From positions 192,001-256,000 of the forward strand of contig JBDRCO010000068.1 in NCBI GenBank assembly GCA_043821645.1: a stretch of DNA of 64,000 nucleotides, read 5' to 3'. The DNA comes from Pseudomonadota bacterium. GTDB taxonomy: Bacteria > Myxococcota > JACRCW01 > JAFGSX01. The translations under genes were made by a program, and so were the position numbers. Of the stretch, positions 29,708-39,995 are shown one piece after another. The notes beneath the pieces were generated by a model. That model was not told where the DNA came from and ran no database searches. It was given only the letters and a program-made list of their open reading frames with translations. Every line of letters begins with the position of its first letter. The first letter of the stretch is position 1.

Positions 29708-30358
29708 ATGACGGACAAGCCTGATCCCGTGTGCGGTGATTGCATCGGTTTCCTGCCTGCCACCCGCGGCGTCGGGGGTGAGGTGCGCGGGCGCTGCGGG
29801 GTGCGGCCGGAGCTGGGGGAGATCCCCGAGACGCTTCGCTACTGCGCCTCGTTTCGCGTGCGCTCCGAGCGCGCCGGCGCTGTGCGCATGCCCACGAACC
29901 GTACCGTGGGTGGCCCCCGCACCCCACGAACCCGGGCTCCCGGCACCGTGAGTCGCCGTCGCCCGACGCTCGACAACCCGACCACCGGCGACACCGGGGG
30001 AGAGATCACCATGGACCGCGATGGACTCAAGCAGGTGTTGCGCGAACTTCTCGAGGAGGAAACCCTGTATGGCTACCCCGAGCTGGGCGCGCGGTGGCAG
30101 GACGGGACCCTGGTGCTCAAGCCCGCGTCGTCCGAGAACCAGCCCAAGGAGATCCCCCTCGAGGGCTTCTTTCACAAGATCGTGATGCTGCGCGACCGGC
30201 TGCGCGTGCTCGAGGCCAAGCTCAACGGCCACGACAAGCTCAGCGACGCCGACAAGGTCGAGCTGCAAACCTACATCTCGCGCTGCTACGGCACCCTGAC
30301 CACCTTCAACGTCCTGTTTGCGGACAAGGAAGATCAGTTCAGCAGCAAGGGCGAGTGA
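29708..30358 (+). CDS. Conserved-looking hypothetical protein with N-terminal Cys cluster
   Basis: CGDC..C..C N-terminus; helical C-terminal block FFHKIVMLRDRLRVLE...YISRCYGTLTTFNVLF. Confidence 0.8.
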   Translation: MTDKPDPVCGDCIGFLPATRGVGGEVRGRCGVRPELGEIPETLRYCASFRVRSERAGAVRMPTNRTVGGPRTPRTRAPGTVSRRRPTLDNPTTGDTGGEITMDRDGLKQVLRELLEEETLYGYPELGARWQDGTLVLKPASSENQPKEIPLEGFFHKIVMLRDRLRVLEAKLNGHDKLSDADKVELQTYISRCYGTLTTFNVLFADKEDQFSSKGE

Positions 30359-30395
30359 GCTCGCAGCACCCCTCGATCACGACGCACGCCAGGGC

Positions 30396-32303
30396 TCAGC
30401 GCACTCGCAGGACCCGGGGCACCGCGAGTTCGTTGCCGACCACGATCACCAGGGCGCCGCCGCCGCCCTCGACGGCCGTGCTGTCAAGGATGCGGGTCGT
30501 GGTGCTAGGCGAGCCAAACCCGTTGCCTCCCATACCCTGGCAGCTGTCCGGGTGGAGGTGCGCGCCACAGCCGTCCAGGCCCTCGAAGTGGTGACGCTCG
30601 ACGGGTAGAGCCTGGGTGGCGCGGAACAGCACGATGCCATCCACCGGGTTGTCCAGTCCGACGAAGAGCACACCGTCAACGGCCGCCACCAGGCTGATGC
30701 GATCCGATCGCGGGTTGTCGAACTGGCTCAGCTCGACGTCGCCGACGCTGTTGGCAGCGATCAGTCGCCAGTCTCCGGGCTCGCAGTCGAGCGGAGCGCC
30801 GCCGAGGGACGGATCGCAGAACCAGAGCTGTGGGCCCTCGCTCGTGTTGCGCCCCAGGTACAGGCGACCATCGAGGATGGCGGGTCCGACCCAGGCACGG
30901 TCCCGGGGCAAGAGCTCGCTCACCTTGGAGGTCGCGAAGGAGGTCTTGTCTGTGTACGCGCTCGCGCTTGGCGTGCAGCTCGGCCAGCTCGCACTGCAGT
31001 TGCCACTGCACACTTCGGGAGTCGACGTGGCGGTGAAGCGGCAGCCCCCGTTGTTGGCCAGGTACAGCTTGCCGTGCAGGTCCCAGATCTGATCGAGGTT
31101 CTGCTCTCCACCCACCTCGGGGAGGCTGGTTCCCCCGAGGTTGACCACGTCGACATCCGCCACCGCCTCGAGTCCGTCCCTGTCCGGCACCGCGCGCAGC
31201 TCGAGGAGGTAGGGCTGGTTGCCACCGGTATCCGGAAAGCCCAGATACACCCGATCGTTGAACACGTGCATGGCGGACAGGCCCTTGGTGTTGCCGCCGA
31301 GCGGCGCCGCACTCAGGTCCACATGTCTGAAGGTCGGCGTCACCGACCGGTCTGGAGTCATGTAGACATAGTCGAGATTGCTGGCCTTGCCGCCGGTGAC
31401 CAGCAGCCAGTGCGCGGCCTTGACATAGCCACCGGCAAACAGCGCCCGGGAGTTCTCGTTGTCCGGTCCGCAGGCGACAGTGCTGCTCTGGCAACCGAGG
31501 AAGCCGATCGAGGGGTAGTAGGGTTGACACTCCGGAAGGCTGCTGCAGGTGTTGGAGGAGTGGCGCGTGCCGGTCACGTCCCGGGTGAAGGCGAACTGCA
31601 TGGCTTGCACGTCGCTGCCGTCCGGCTGCATGCGAATGGCACCCGAGCCGTCGGCGCGCGGACCCAGGATCAGTACAGCCCGGTCCTGCTCGTCGACAAA
31701 GGAAAACACGAAGCTGAAGGTCGTGGTCTGGCCGAGGGTGGTGCCCAGGTCCACGGGCACGCCGGTCACCGACGGCAGACCCGCATCGTGGGCGGTTGCA
31801 TCGGCTCCTCCGGCCTCGAAGCCCTGGGAATCCCCCATCGCTGCGTCCTCGGACGCGCCATCGGACCGGCCCTGATCCTGGCCACCAGCGTCGTCCGGAC
31901 GCCCTTGATCCAGGTTGGACGCATCCACCCGGATGTCCGGAACCGATCCATCCCGTGGCGCCGTCGTATCCTGCCGCGCCTGGTCCGGAGCCGTTCCATC
32001 TCCAGGCGAGGCATCCCCGGAATCGGAGACCTGGCCGTCCGGCCACGAGGTATCTGCGAGGACGGCACCATCCAGCTTGCGATCCGCGGACCAGGCGTCA
32101 CCCGCGCCTCCATCCACGATGGCCACGCACGAATAGTTGACGCAGCGCTGACCGGCCACACAGTCCTGCGGTCTCTGGCAGGCGAAGGCAAGCTCACTCG
32201 CAGGCACAGTGCTCGCGGGACAAGCGAGCACGCTGGCGAGGGCGCTCAGGCTCACCGCGATGGCGCCCGCCGTGCGTCCCCGGTCTGCTCGCCGCACTGC
32301 CAT
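30396..32303 (-). CDS. Cys-rich lipoprotein: 4-Cys module, Asp-rich linker, probable beta-propeller
   Basis: VLAC lipobox; C-x5-C-x5-C-x4-C; blade-like FNDRVYLG, LHGKLYLA, LDGRLYLG, VDGVLFVG. Confidence 0.78.
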   Translation of the reverse strand: MAVRRADRGRTAGAIAVSLSALASVLACPASTVPASELAFACQRPQDCVAGQRCVNYSCVAIVDGGAGDAWSADRKLDGAVLADTSWPDGQVSDSGDASPGDGTAPDQARQDTTAPRDGSVPDIRVDASNLDQGRPDDAGGQDQGRSDGASEDAAMGDSQGFEAGGADATAHDAGLPSVTGVPVDLGTTLGQTTTFSFVFSFVDEQDRAVLILGPRADGSGAIRMQPDGSDVQAMQFAFTRDVTGTRHSSNTCSSLPECQPYYPSIGFLGCQSSTVACGPDNENSRALFAGGYVKAAHWLLVTGGKASNLDYVYMTPDRSVTPTFRHVDLSAAPLGGNTKGLSAMHVFNDRVYLGFPDTGGNQPYLLELRAVPDRDGLEAVADVDVVNLGGTSLPEVGGEQNLDQIWDLHGKLYLANNGGCRFTATSTPEVCSGNCSASWPSCTPSASAYTDKTSFATSKVSELLPRDRAWVGPAILDGRLYLGRNTSEGPQLWFCDPSLGGAPLDCEPGDWRLIAANSVGDVELSQFDNPRSDRISLVAAVDGVLFVGLDNPVDGIVLFRATQALPVERHHFEGLDGCGAHLHPDSCQGMGGNGFGSPSTTTRILDSTAVEGGGGALVIVVGNELAVPRVLRVR

Positions 32304-32426
32304 GGCCGCTCCCGTGCCCGCTCCAAGCTCGAACAAGTATGACCGGTCCGAGCAGGGAGACCATCAGGTTTCTTGTTGCCCAGGTCGCGGCTGCGCGGGA
32401 TAAGCAGGCCCCTTTCAAGGAGCTCC

Positions 32427-34517
32427 ATGCCCACACCCGGCCGCCGCACCTCGCCTCCACGCCGTCGCGCTGCCCGCCTCGACCTGGACAGCCTGAATCC
32501 ACCTCAGCGCGAGGCGGTGTTGTACGACGGCGGACCCATGCTGGTCCTGGCCGGCGCCGGCAGTGGCAAGACCCGTGTCATCATTCATCGCATCGCACGC
32601 CTGCTGCAAGATGGTGTGGCGCCGCAACGCATTCTCGGCGTCACCTTCACCAACAAGGCGGCGCGCGAGATGCGGCAGCGCCTGACTGCCCTGGCCGGTG
32701 AAGCCGGAGGCGAGGTCCACCTGTCGACCTTCCACTCACTGGGCTTGACCATCCTGCGCGAGGAGCAGCAGGCCGCAGGTCTGCGCCGGGGCTTCTGCAT
32801 CTACGACGAGAGCGACCAGCTGAGCCTGGTGAGAGAGTTGTTGCGCCGGGTGCAGGTCGCCGACCGACGCCTCGATGTGCCGCGCCTGCTCGGCATGATC
32901 CTGGACACCAAGCGCGCCGGCCTGAAGGCCTTTCCCATCCAGCACGACGACGACTACGAGCTGGCCGCCCACGCCCTGTACCCGCGCTACCTCGAGCAGA
33001 TGCGCGCATACAACGCCGTGGACTTCGATGATCTGTTGCTGCGGGCCTGTAGCGTGGTCGAGCAAGCCGAGCCCCGGGCGCGGTGGAGCCAGCGCTACGA
33101 CCAGCTCCTGGTCGACGAGTACCAGGACACCAGCCCGGATCAACTGGCCCTGCTGCGCGTGCTGGCGGGTGAGAAACGCCAGGTGTGCGCGGTGGGTGAC
33201 GACGATCAATCCATCTACGCCTGGCGCGGCGCCGACGCGGCCAGCATCCTGGCCTTTGGCAAGGACTTCCCCGGCACCCGCGAGATCGTGCTGGATCAGA
33301 ACTACCGCTCCACCGGCAACATCCTGGCCGCGGCCAATGCCGTCATCGCCCACAACGAGGTGCGCAAGCCGAAGAAGATGTGGTGTGCCGCCGGCGACGG
33401 CGATCCCGTCGAGGTGGTTGCCTGCACCGACGCCGAGGACGAGGCCGTGCTGGTGTACCAGCAGATCCGCTCGCTGCTCGACGACGGCGCGGTCGCCGAC
33501 GACATCGCCGTGCTGTACCGCGCCAATGCCCAGAGCCGGACCTTCGAGGAGAAGCTGACCTTCGAGGCCATTCCCTACCGTGTGGTGGGCGGCCAGGCCT
33601 TCCTGGAGCGCAAGGAGGTCAAGGATCTGCTCGCCTACCTGGTTGTGGCGCGCAATCCCTCGGACGAGGTGTCGCTGCGCCGCGTGCTCAACGTGCCACC
33701 ACGCGGGATAGGCCCGACCAGCGTCGAGCGCCTGGTGATGCATGGAGAGGCACGGCACCAGGGTATGTGGGCGGCGGTGCAACAGGCCGAAGGGGTGTCC
33801 GACCTGCCCCCGGCCGCGGTGATCGGTGCCCGCGATCTGGCGAACACCATGAACGCCTTCGGACCGCGGCTGCGCGACGCGCGCCCCGGGCAGCTGAGCA
33901 CGGCCGTGCGCGAGCTTGTCCAGGCCCTGGGCCTGCGCGAGCACATCCTCAAGGCCGACGACGCACCCTCGGTGAGCGAGCGCCGGCTGGAGAACCTCGA
34001 CGAGGTGATCCACTCGGTCGCCGCCTTCGAGCGCGAGCATCCCCGGGCCCGGGATCTCCTGGGCGACTATTTGGACCTGGCCATGCTGCGCAGCAAGACC
34101 GAGGAGGAGAACGCACCTCCCGGCGGCAAGGTCACCCTGATGACACTGCACAGCGCCAAGGGCCTGGAGTTCCCGTACGTGTTCCTGGTGGGCATCGAGG
34201 AGGATCTGCTGCCTCACCGCCGCAGCATCGAACTGGGAGGCGACATCTGCGAGGAGAGGAGGCTGTGCTACGTGGGCATGACCCGCGCCCGACGACACCT
34301 CTGGCTCACCCTGGCCCGTCGCCGGCGACGACACGGCAAGGAGCTGCCGCGAACTCCCTCGCGCTTTCTCGACGAACTGCCCGCGGGGGACGGCGTGGTC
34401 CGGCGCGACCGCGACGAGCCTTTGCAGGGTGAGGCCGCGGACAACATGGCCAACGATTTCTTTGCGCGCATGCAGGCGCGGCTTGCCGACGACGATGGTG
34501 GCAGTGCCCCGGACTGA
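32427..34517 (+). CDS. UvrD/PcrA/Rep family SF1 DNA helicase
   Basis: LAGAGSGKTR, TFTNKAAREM, VDEYQD, VGDDDQSIY, QNYRS, TLHSAKGLEF, EERRLCYVGMTRAR. Confidence 0.96.
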   Translation: MPTPGRRTSPPRRRAARLDLDSLNPPQREAVLYDGGPMLVLAGAGSGKTRVIIHRIARLLQDGVAPQRILGVTFTNKAAREMRQRLTALAGEAGGEVHLSTFHSLGLTILREEQQAAGLRRGFCIYDESDQLSLVRELLRRVQVADRRLDVPRLLGMILDTKRAGLKAFPIQHDDDYELAAHALYPRYLEQMRAYNAVDFDDLLLRACSVVEQAEPRARWSQRYDQLLVDEYQDTSPDQLALLRVLAGEKRQVCAVGDDDQSIYAWRGADAASILAFGKDFPGTREIVLDQNYRSTGNILAAANAVIAHNEVRKPKKMWCAAGDGDPVEVVACTDAEDEAVLVYQQIRSLLDDGAVADDIAVLYRANAQSRTFEEKLTFEAIPYRVVGGQAFLERKEVKDLLAYLVVARNPSDEVSLRRVLNVPPRGIGPTSVERLVMHGEARHQGMWAAVQQAEGVSDLPPAAVIGARDLANTMNAFGPRLRDARPGQLSTAVRELVQALGLREHILKADDAPSVSERRLENLDEVIHSVAAFEREHPRARDLLGDYLDLAMLRSKTEEENAPPGGKVTLMTLHSAKGLEFPYVFLVGIEEDLLPHRRSIELGGDICEERRLCYVGMTRARRHLWLTLARRRRRHGKELPRTPSRFLDELPAGDGVVRRDRDEPLQGEAADNMANDFFARMQARLADDDGGSAPD

Positions 34518-34609
34518 GCACCTGATCTGGTTGACGCATTCCGTCATTCCGTAGTAACTCCATTCGGAGTCACGCCCCAACCACCGTCCTTGTCAGCGAG
34601 GAGATCGTC

Positions 34610-36415
34610 ATGCACTCGATGCAGTCCTGGCGCGCAGTGGTGCTTTTCCTGCTCACGACCCTGTGGCTTGGCTGCGAGAGCGACTCCCTGGTGCGGGTCG
34701 AAGGCGCGCTGCGCGTCCGGGTGCTCAACCCGAGCGAGGCGGCCTACTTCGTCGACGTGTTCATCCGCAGCAAGGACAGCGAACGCCGCTCCAATGCCAG
34801 CGTCGAGCGCCCCGAGACCCGGGTCGAGCTGAGCCGGGTGCCCACAGGGACATGGGACGTGTACGTGGCCACCCGTGACGTCGACGCCCAGCCCGAACAG
34901 AGCGTGCAGATCAACAATGTGCTGATCCAGAACCAGCAGGTCAGCGAGATCGTGGTCGACCTGGCTCAGAACAACACGGTGCGCATTCCCTGCACCGCCG
35001 GCGATCCGGCCATCCCGCTGTGCATGGAGTGCGTGGCTGGGGAGGTGATCCCCGCCACCGACGACGCGCGCTGCGGTGTGCTGGACTGCGACGCCTTTGC
35101 CTGGTGGAACCTGTCCGGCGACAACACGCCCTCCGGCCGTTCCGAGTGCATCCAGGGCACGCCTGCCGACGTCACCACCGACCGCTGCGTGCGAGCCACC
35201 GAGTGCAAGGTGGCCGGCCGCGACGTGTGCCCCACCGAGGCTGCGGTGCGGCTGCAGGCCGGTCTGTGCGAGACCATCACCGGCTGCACCGATGGCGCAC
35301 CCGTCCTCGTCACGGCGGCCGACGGCACGCCTTGCGGTCAGGCTATGGAGTGCCAGGCGGGCCAGTGCGAGGCGCTGACCCCGGACTGCATCGAGGGTCA
35401 GACCGTGACACCCGTGTGCACCGAGTGCCAGGCGGGCAGCGTCGTGCCCGTCACCGACGACGAGCGCTGCGGCGCCATCGCCTGCAGCGCCTTCGAGAGC
35501 TGGACCCTCACCGGGGACAATAGCGCCATCGGCACCTCCCGCTGCATCCACGGCAGCACCTCGCCCATTCGCAGCGATCGCTGCGAGGCCGCGGGCCAGT
35601 GCGTGACGGCGAGCGCAACGACCTGCCCCACCACCCAGCAGATCGCGGCCACGGCAGATTTGTGCAAGGTCATCGCGGATTGCGAGGTCGGCACACCGGC
35701 GGTGACGACGGTCGGCGACAACACACCCTGTGGCGCCGGGCGCGTGTGCCTGTCCGGCGTCTGCACCACCATCCAGCCTCCCGAGACCGGCTGCGCCGAC
35801 GGAGCTCGCGAGGGCTTCGTGTCCCAGGCCGACTACCCGTCCATCGCCGGCTGTGCGGGCGCCTGGAGCGTGCCCGGCATCACCCGCGACAACCTGGCTC
35901 CGACCTGTGCCCGTGCTGCGGGTGACGACGGCAGCAACGTCGAAGGCAGCGGCTGCAGTGCGGTGGATCTGTGTGCCGCAGGCTGGCACGTGTGCGCCGG
36001 CAAGGACGAGGTCGGTCGCCTGGCACCTGCGGGCTGCGCCGATGCCGTGCCTGCCGGGACCCCGGACAAGGCCCTGCTGTTCGCGGTGCGTCAGCACAGC
36101 ACCACAGGCAGCGAGTGCGATGCGAGCAGCAACGACAACGATGTGTTTGGCTGCGGCAACCTCGGCACCCTGCTCACCGCGGACAAGAACTGCGCGCCCC
36201 TGGATCGCGTGCTTGCCAGCACCCAGGCCAACACCTGCGGCTTCAACGAGGCCGAGCCCGATCTCGGACCCTGGCAGTGCCTGGGTGGCAGCGACAGCCA
36301 CCTGATGGAAGGCGGCCTGGTGACCAAGGTCGGCTGCCCGTCGACCTCGTGTAACTACGACGGCCACCCTGTCGGCAACAGCGACAAAGGCGGCGTGCTG
36401 TGTTGCCGCGACTGA
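34610..36415 (+). CDS. Cys-rich lipoprotein with tandem 126-aa repeats and GCADG-type C-terminal domain
   Basis: GAGGAG RBS; LWLGC lipobox; two 14-Cys repeats; GCADGAREGF...LCAAGWHVC...GGVLCCRD. Confidence 0.85.
   Translation: MHSMQSWRAVVLFLLTTLWLGCESDSLVRVEGALRVRVLNPSEAAYFVDVFIRSKDSERRSNASVERPETRVELSRVPTGTWDVYVATRDVDAQPEQSVQINNVLIQNQQVSEIVVDLAQNNTVRIPCTAGDPAIPLCMECVAGEVIPATDDARCGVLDCDAFAWWNLSGDNTPSGRSECIQGTPADVTTDRCVRATECKVAGRDVCPTEAAVRLQAGLCETITGCTDGAPVLVTAADGTPCGQAMECQAGQCEALTPDCIEGQTVTPVCTECQAGSVVPVTDDERCGAIACSAFESWTLTGDNSAIGTSRCIHGSTSPIRSDRCEAAGQCVTASATTCPTTQQIAATADLCKVIADCEVGTPAVTTVGDNTPCGAGRVCLSGVCTTIQPPETGCADGAREGFVSQADYPSIAGCAGAWSVPGITRDNLAPTCARAAGDDGSNVEGSGCSAVDLCAAGWHVCAGKDEVGRLAPAGCADAVPAGTPDKALLFAVRQHSTTGSECDASSNDNDVFGCGNLGTLLTADKNCAPLDRVLASTQANTCGFNEAEPDLGPWQCLGGSDSHLMEGGLVTKVGCPSTSCNYDGHPVGNSDKGGVLCCRD
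34991..35764 (+). repeat. Intragenic duplication: 2 x 378 nt (34991-35368 and 35387-35764)
   Basis: Both copies encode 126 aa with 14 Cys and share TDDxRCG, LxGDN, DRC and TPCG. Confidence 0.85.
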
Positions 36416-36496
36416 GCAGCCCCTCGCAGCCCTCGGGAGCACACGGCACTGCCCCTGCGGCCCCGGCCGCGCTACATCTCCAGCCAGGAGGTGCCC

Positions 36497-39229
36497 GTGC
36501 CTGCTGATCCTGCAACCAACCTGGGTCCACACCCTGACCTCGACGAAGCGCTGCGTGACGACGTGCGCGAACTGGGAACCATACTCGGCGAGGTGCTGGT
36601 CGAGAACGCCGGTACTGCGCTGTTCAACGCCGTGGAGTCCGCCCGGCAGGCCGCGCGTGCTCGACGCCAGGGTGACCCCGGAGCCATAGAACGGCTGCGG
36701 AGCCAGCTGACCGGTCTCGAACCCGCTGCCGCCACGCAACTGACACGTGCCTTCTCAGCCTACTTTTCCGTCGTCAACATGGCAGAGCGCGTGCACCTTT
36801 TACGGCTCCAGCGCCTCCAGGCCGACGACCTCGTGCACCCCGTGGCGGGCAGTTTGCTCGCCAGCGTGCGCGCGCTGAGCGAGCAGGGGATGACCCAGGA
36901 CCAGCTGGCTGCCCTCCTCGCCCGGGTCCAGGTCACACCGGTTTTCACGGCCCATCCCACCGAGGTGACCCGGGCCAGCCAGCTGTTGCAGGAGCAGCGC
37001 CTGGCGCGAGCGCTGGTGGATCGCATCGAGCAGGGCTCCATGACCCGGCTCGAGGCGGCGCACAACACCGCGCGGCTGCACGAACAGATCGCCCTCATGT
37101 GGCAGACCGCCGAGCAGAGCACTGCCGGCCGTACGGTGCGCGACGAGCTCGAGCACGTGCTGTTCTACTTGGGCGAGGTCGTGTACCGCTGTGTGCCCGC
37201 TTTCTACGAGGCCCTGCAACGAGCCGTGGCGGCACAATACGATGGGACCTTCGCGTTGCAGTGGCACCACCCCCTGCTGCGCTTTGGTTCCTGGGTCGGC
37301 GGCGACATGGACGGCAACCCCAACGTCAACGCCGAGACCTTGCGCGCCACCCTGCGCCGGCAACGTCAGCTCATCCTCGAACACTACCTGGCCGACGTGC
37401 ACGACCTGCGCTATCGCCTGACACAGTCGAGCTCGCGCGTCGCTGTCGACGACGCTGTGCTCGCCCGGATCGAGAGCTACCGCGTGCAGCTTCCCGCGGT
37501 GGCGACCCAGCTCTCACCTCGCCACACCGAGATGCCCTATCGCGTGCTGCTGCAGTTCGTCGAGGCGCGCCTCGTCGCGACCCAGCAGGATGCCAGCACG
37601 GGCTATGGCCAGGTCGAGGACCTGGTGACGGACCTGCGCTTGGTCGAGAACAGCCTGTCGCGTCACCACGGCCACAAGACGGGGCTGGTGCGCGTTCAGC
37701 GCCTGCTCCACCGCGTCGAGACCTTTGGCTTTCACCTGGCGACCCTGGACGTGCGCCAGGATGCGCAGGTGCACCGCCGGGTCGTCGGTCTGCTGCTCGG
37801 AGACGCCGATTTTGCAGGCCGCGATGGCGCTGCCCGGGCCGACCTGCTGCGGCAAGCGCTGGTTCCCGGCTTCGCCTTCGCACAGCCACACGACGCCGAG
37901 GTGACCGCAGCGCTCGAGGTGCTGCGCGCCATTGCCGAGGCCCGTGCCCGCTACGGGGTCGAGGCCATTGGCTCCTACATCATCTCGATGGCCCAGGGCC
38001 CTGATGATGCCCTGGCCGTGCTGGTGCTGGCACGGGCGGCAGGTCTCGTCGAGGCCGATGGCTCGATTCCTCTCGACGTGTCACCGCTGTTCGAGACCAT
38101 CGCCGACCTGGCCGGGGCTCGCGCCACCATGCATGCCCTGCTCGACGACGCGAGCTACCGCGCACACCTGCGAGGACGCCGGGACCAGCAACTGGTCATG
38201 CTGGGCTACTCCGATTCCAGCAAGGATGGAGGCCTGGCCTGCTCGCGCTGGTCCCTGTACCGGGCGCAGTGCGAGCTCGTCGAGGAACTCGATCATGCAG
38301 GCATAGCCCTGACCCTCTTTCATGGCCGTGGCGGCACCGTGAGCCGCGGAGGCAGCAAGCCGCGCCAGGCCATCCTCGCCGAACCACCGGGGGCCATCCG
38401 CGGCCGGCTCCGCGTCACCGAGCAGGGCGAGATCATCCACGTCAAGTACGGCCTGCGTGGCCAGGCCCTGCACTCCATGGAGATGATGGCGGGTGCCGTG
38501 CTCGAGGCCACCGCCTGTTGCGAGCAGGCCACCGGCACCGATCCCGCCTGGGCCGACGCCATGGCCCTTGTGGCCGAGAGCTCCCGCACGCACTACGCCG
38601 CGCTGATACATGACGACCCGGACTTCGTGCCCTACTTTCGCGACGCCACCCCCATCGATGTCATCGAACGCCTGCAGATAGGCTCGCGGCCGGTGTCACG
38701 ACGGCAGGGTGGCACCATCCGCGACCTGCGGGCCATCCCCTGGGTGTTTTCCTGGACCCAGAACCGGCAGCTGCTGCCAGGCTGGTTCGGCCTGGGAACG
38801 GGTCTCGAGGCGGCACGACAGCGCCACGGCGACGATCTCCTGCGCGCCATGGCTCGCGGCTGGCCCTTCTTTGCCAACCTGCTCGCCGACGTCGAGATGG
38901 TGCTGGCCAAGAGCGACCTCGACATCGGTGGACAATATGCGGCCCTCGCCGGCGCGATCGGGGAGCGGGTGTTCCCGCGCGTTGTCGACGAGCATGCGCG
39001 CACGCTCCGCGGCCTGCGCGACATCCTGGGCAGCCAGGAACTTCTCGAGCACGATTCCACGCTGCGGCGGGCCATCCAGCTGCGCGATCCCTACGTGGAC
39101 CCGATGAGCCTGCTGCAGGTCGACCTGCTCCGGCGCTGGCGAGCGGGCGGTCGCCGTGACAACACCCTGCTTCAGGCGCTGTTCACGACGGTGCGCGGGA
39201 TCGCCCGGGGCATGCAGAACACGGGCTGA
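36497..39229 (+). CDS. ppc: Phosphoenolpyruvate carboxylase
   Basis: VFTAHPTE, GSWVGGDMDGNP, MLGYSDSSKDGG, FHGRGG, LRAIPWVFSWTQ, C-terminal MQNTG. Confidence 0.97.
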   Translation: MPADPATNLGPHPDLDEALRDDVRELGTILGEVLVENAGTALFNAVESARQAARARRQGDPGAIERLRSQLTGLEPAAATQLTRAFSAYFSVVNMAERVHLLRLQRLQADDLVHPVAGSLLASVRALSEQGMTQDQLAALLARVQVTPVFTAHPTEVTRASQLLQEQRLARALVDRIEQGSMTRLEAAHNTARLHEQIALMWQTAEQSTAGRTVRDELEHVLFYLGEVVYRCVPAFYEALQRAVAAQYDGTFALQWHHPLLRFGSWVGGDMDGNPNVNAETLRATLRRQRQLILEHYLADVHDLRYRLTQSSSRVAVDDAVLARIESYRVQLPAVATQLSPRHTEMPYRVLLQFVEARLVATQQDASTGYGQVEDLVTDLRLVENSLSRHHGHKTGLVRVQRLLHRVETFGFHLATLDVRQDAQVHRRVVGLLLGDADFAGRDGAARADLLRQALVPGFAFAQPHDAEVTAALEVLRAIAEARARYGVEAIGSYIISMAQGPDDALAVLVLARAAGLVEADGSIPLDVSPLFETIADLAGARATMHALLDDASYRAHLRGRRDQQLVMLGYSDSSKDGGLACSRWSLYRAQCELVEELDHAGIALTLFHGRGGTVSRGGSKPRQAILAEPPGAIRGRLRVTEQGEIIHVKYGLRGQALHSMEMMAGAVLEATACCEQATGTDPAWADAMALVAESSRTHYAALIHDDPDFVPYFRDATPIDVIERLQIGSRPVSRRQGGTIRDLRAIPWVFSWTQNRQLLPGWFGLGTGLEAARQRHGDDLLRAMARGWPFFANLLADVEMVLAKSDLDIGGQYAALAGAIGERVFPRVVDEHARTLRGLRDILGSQELLEHDSTLRRAIQLRDPYVDPMSLLQVDLLRRWRAGGRRDNTLLQALFTTVRGIARGMQNTG

Positions 39230-39294
39230 GCTGCCAGCTTGATGCGCGTGACAAGCTCGGGCACGATGGGCCTCTCTCGTCAGGAGGTCCCGTC

Positions 39295-39957
39295 ATGATC
39301 GGATCCGTCAGCACCCTCACCCTGCTTCTTGTGGCGGCTGCCCCGGCCTCCAAGGGCGTGCCCGTCAACGACGAGCCAGGCAAGATCGCCGTCACTTACC
39401 TCAAGGCCCTGGACGGCAGCGGCACGGGCGATGCCCGGGAGTTCCTGCTGGGTGGCGTGACCCTGGACGCCGAGCTGGCCACCATCCCCAACTGGAAGAT
39501 CCTCAGCCGCGACACACCGCGCATCGAGGATGCAAGCCTGGCGGACGCGGTGGTCGAGATGAAGAAGCTCGACGCGGCCGGCCGCAAGGCCCTGGACACC
39601 ATCCTCAAGTCCACCAAGGGCGAGGAGATCCAGGAGATGGGACGGGCCGAGGCCGAGGCCATCATGAAGCCTACACAGATGCAGGCCAAGCGCTTCAAGG
39701 AGCAGTTCCCGCTGTTCGCCTATGTGGCCCGCGTCGACAAGGAGGTGTACTGGCATCCCAAGAACCCGTGGCGCGCGGTGCTCGACAAGCTGGGCACCAA
39801 GGGGCAGTACAAGCTCGAGTTTCACCAGTTCAACATCGAGGAGACAGACCACGGCAAGACCCGGGTGTGGCCCCTGCGCGTGCTGCGGGTGAAGACCGAC
39901 ACCTACGATTCGAGCTGGAAGATCCTGCCAGCGTCGGATTGGAATCCTGAGAGCTAG
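39295..39957 (+). CDS. Exported hypothetical protein
   Basis: AGGAGG RBS; signal-like N-terminus; strong codon bias. Confidence 0.8.
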   Translation: MIGSVSTLTLLLVAAAPASKGVPVNDEPGKIAVTYLKALDGSGTGDAREFLLGGVTLDAELATIPNWKILSRDTPRIEDASLADAVVEMKKLDAAGRKALDTILKSTKGEEIQEMGRAEAEAIMKPTQMQAKRFKEQFPLFAYVARVDKEVYWHPKNPWRAVLDKLGTKGQYKLEFHQFNIEETDHGKTRVWPLRVLRVKTDTYDSSWKILPASDWNPES

Positions 39958-39995
39958 CCTTCCCTAAGGGGGGCGCCGGCCGCAGCGACCCACGC

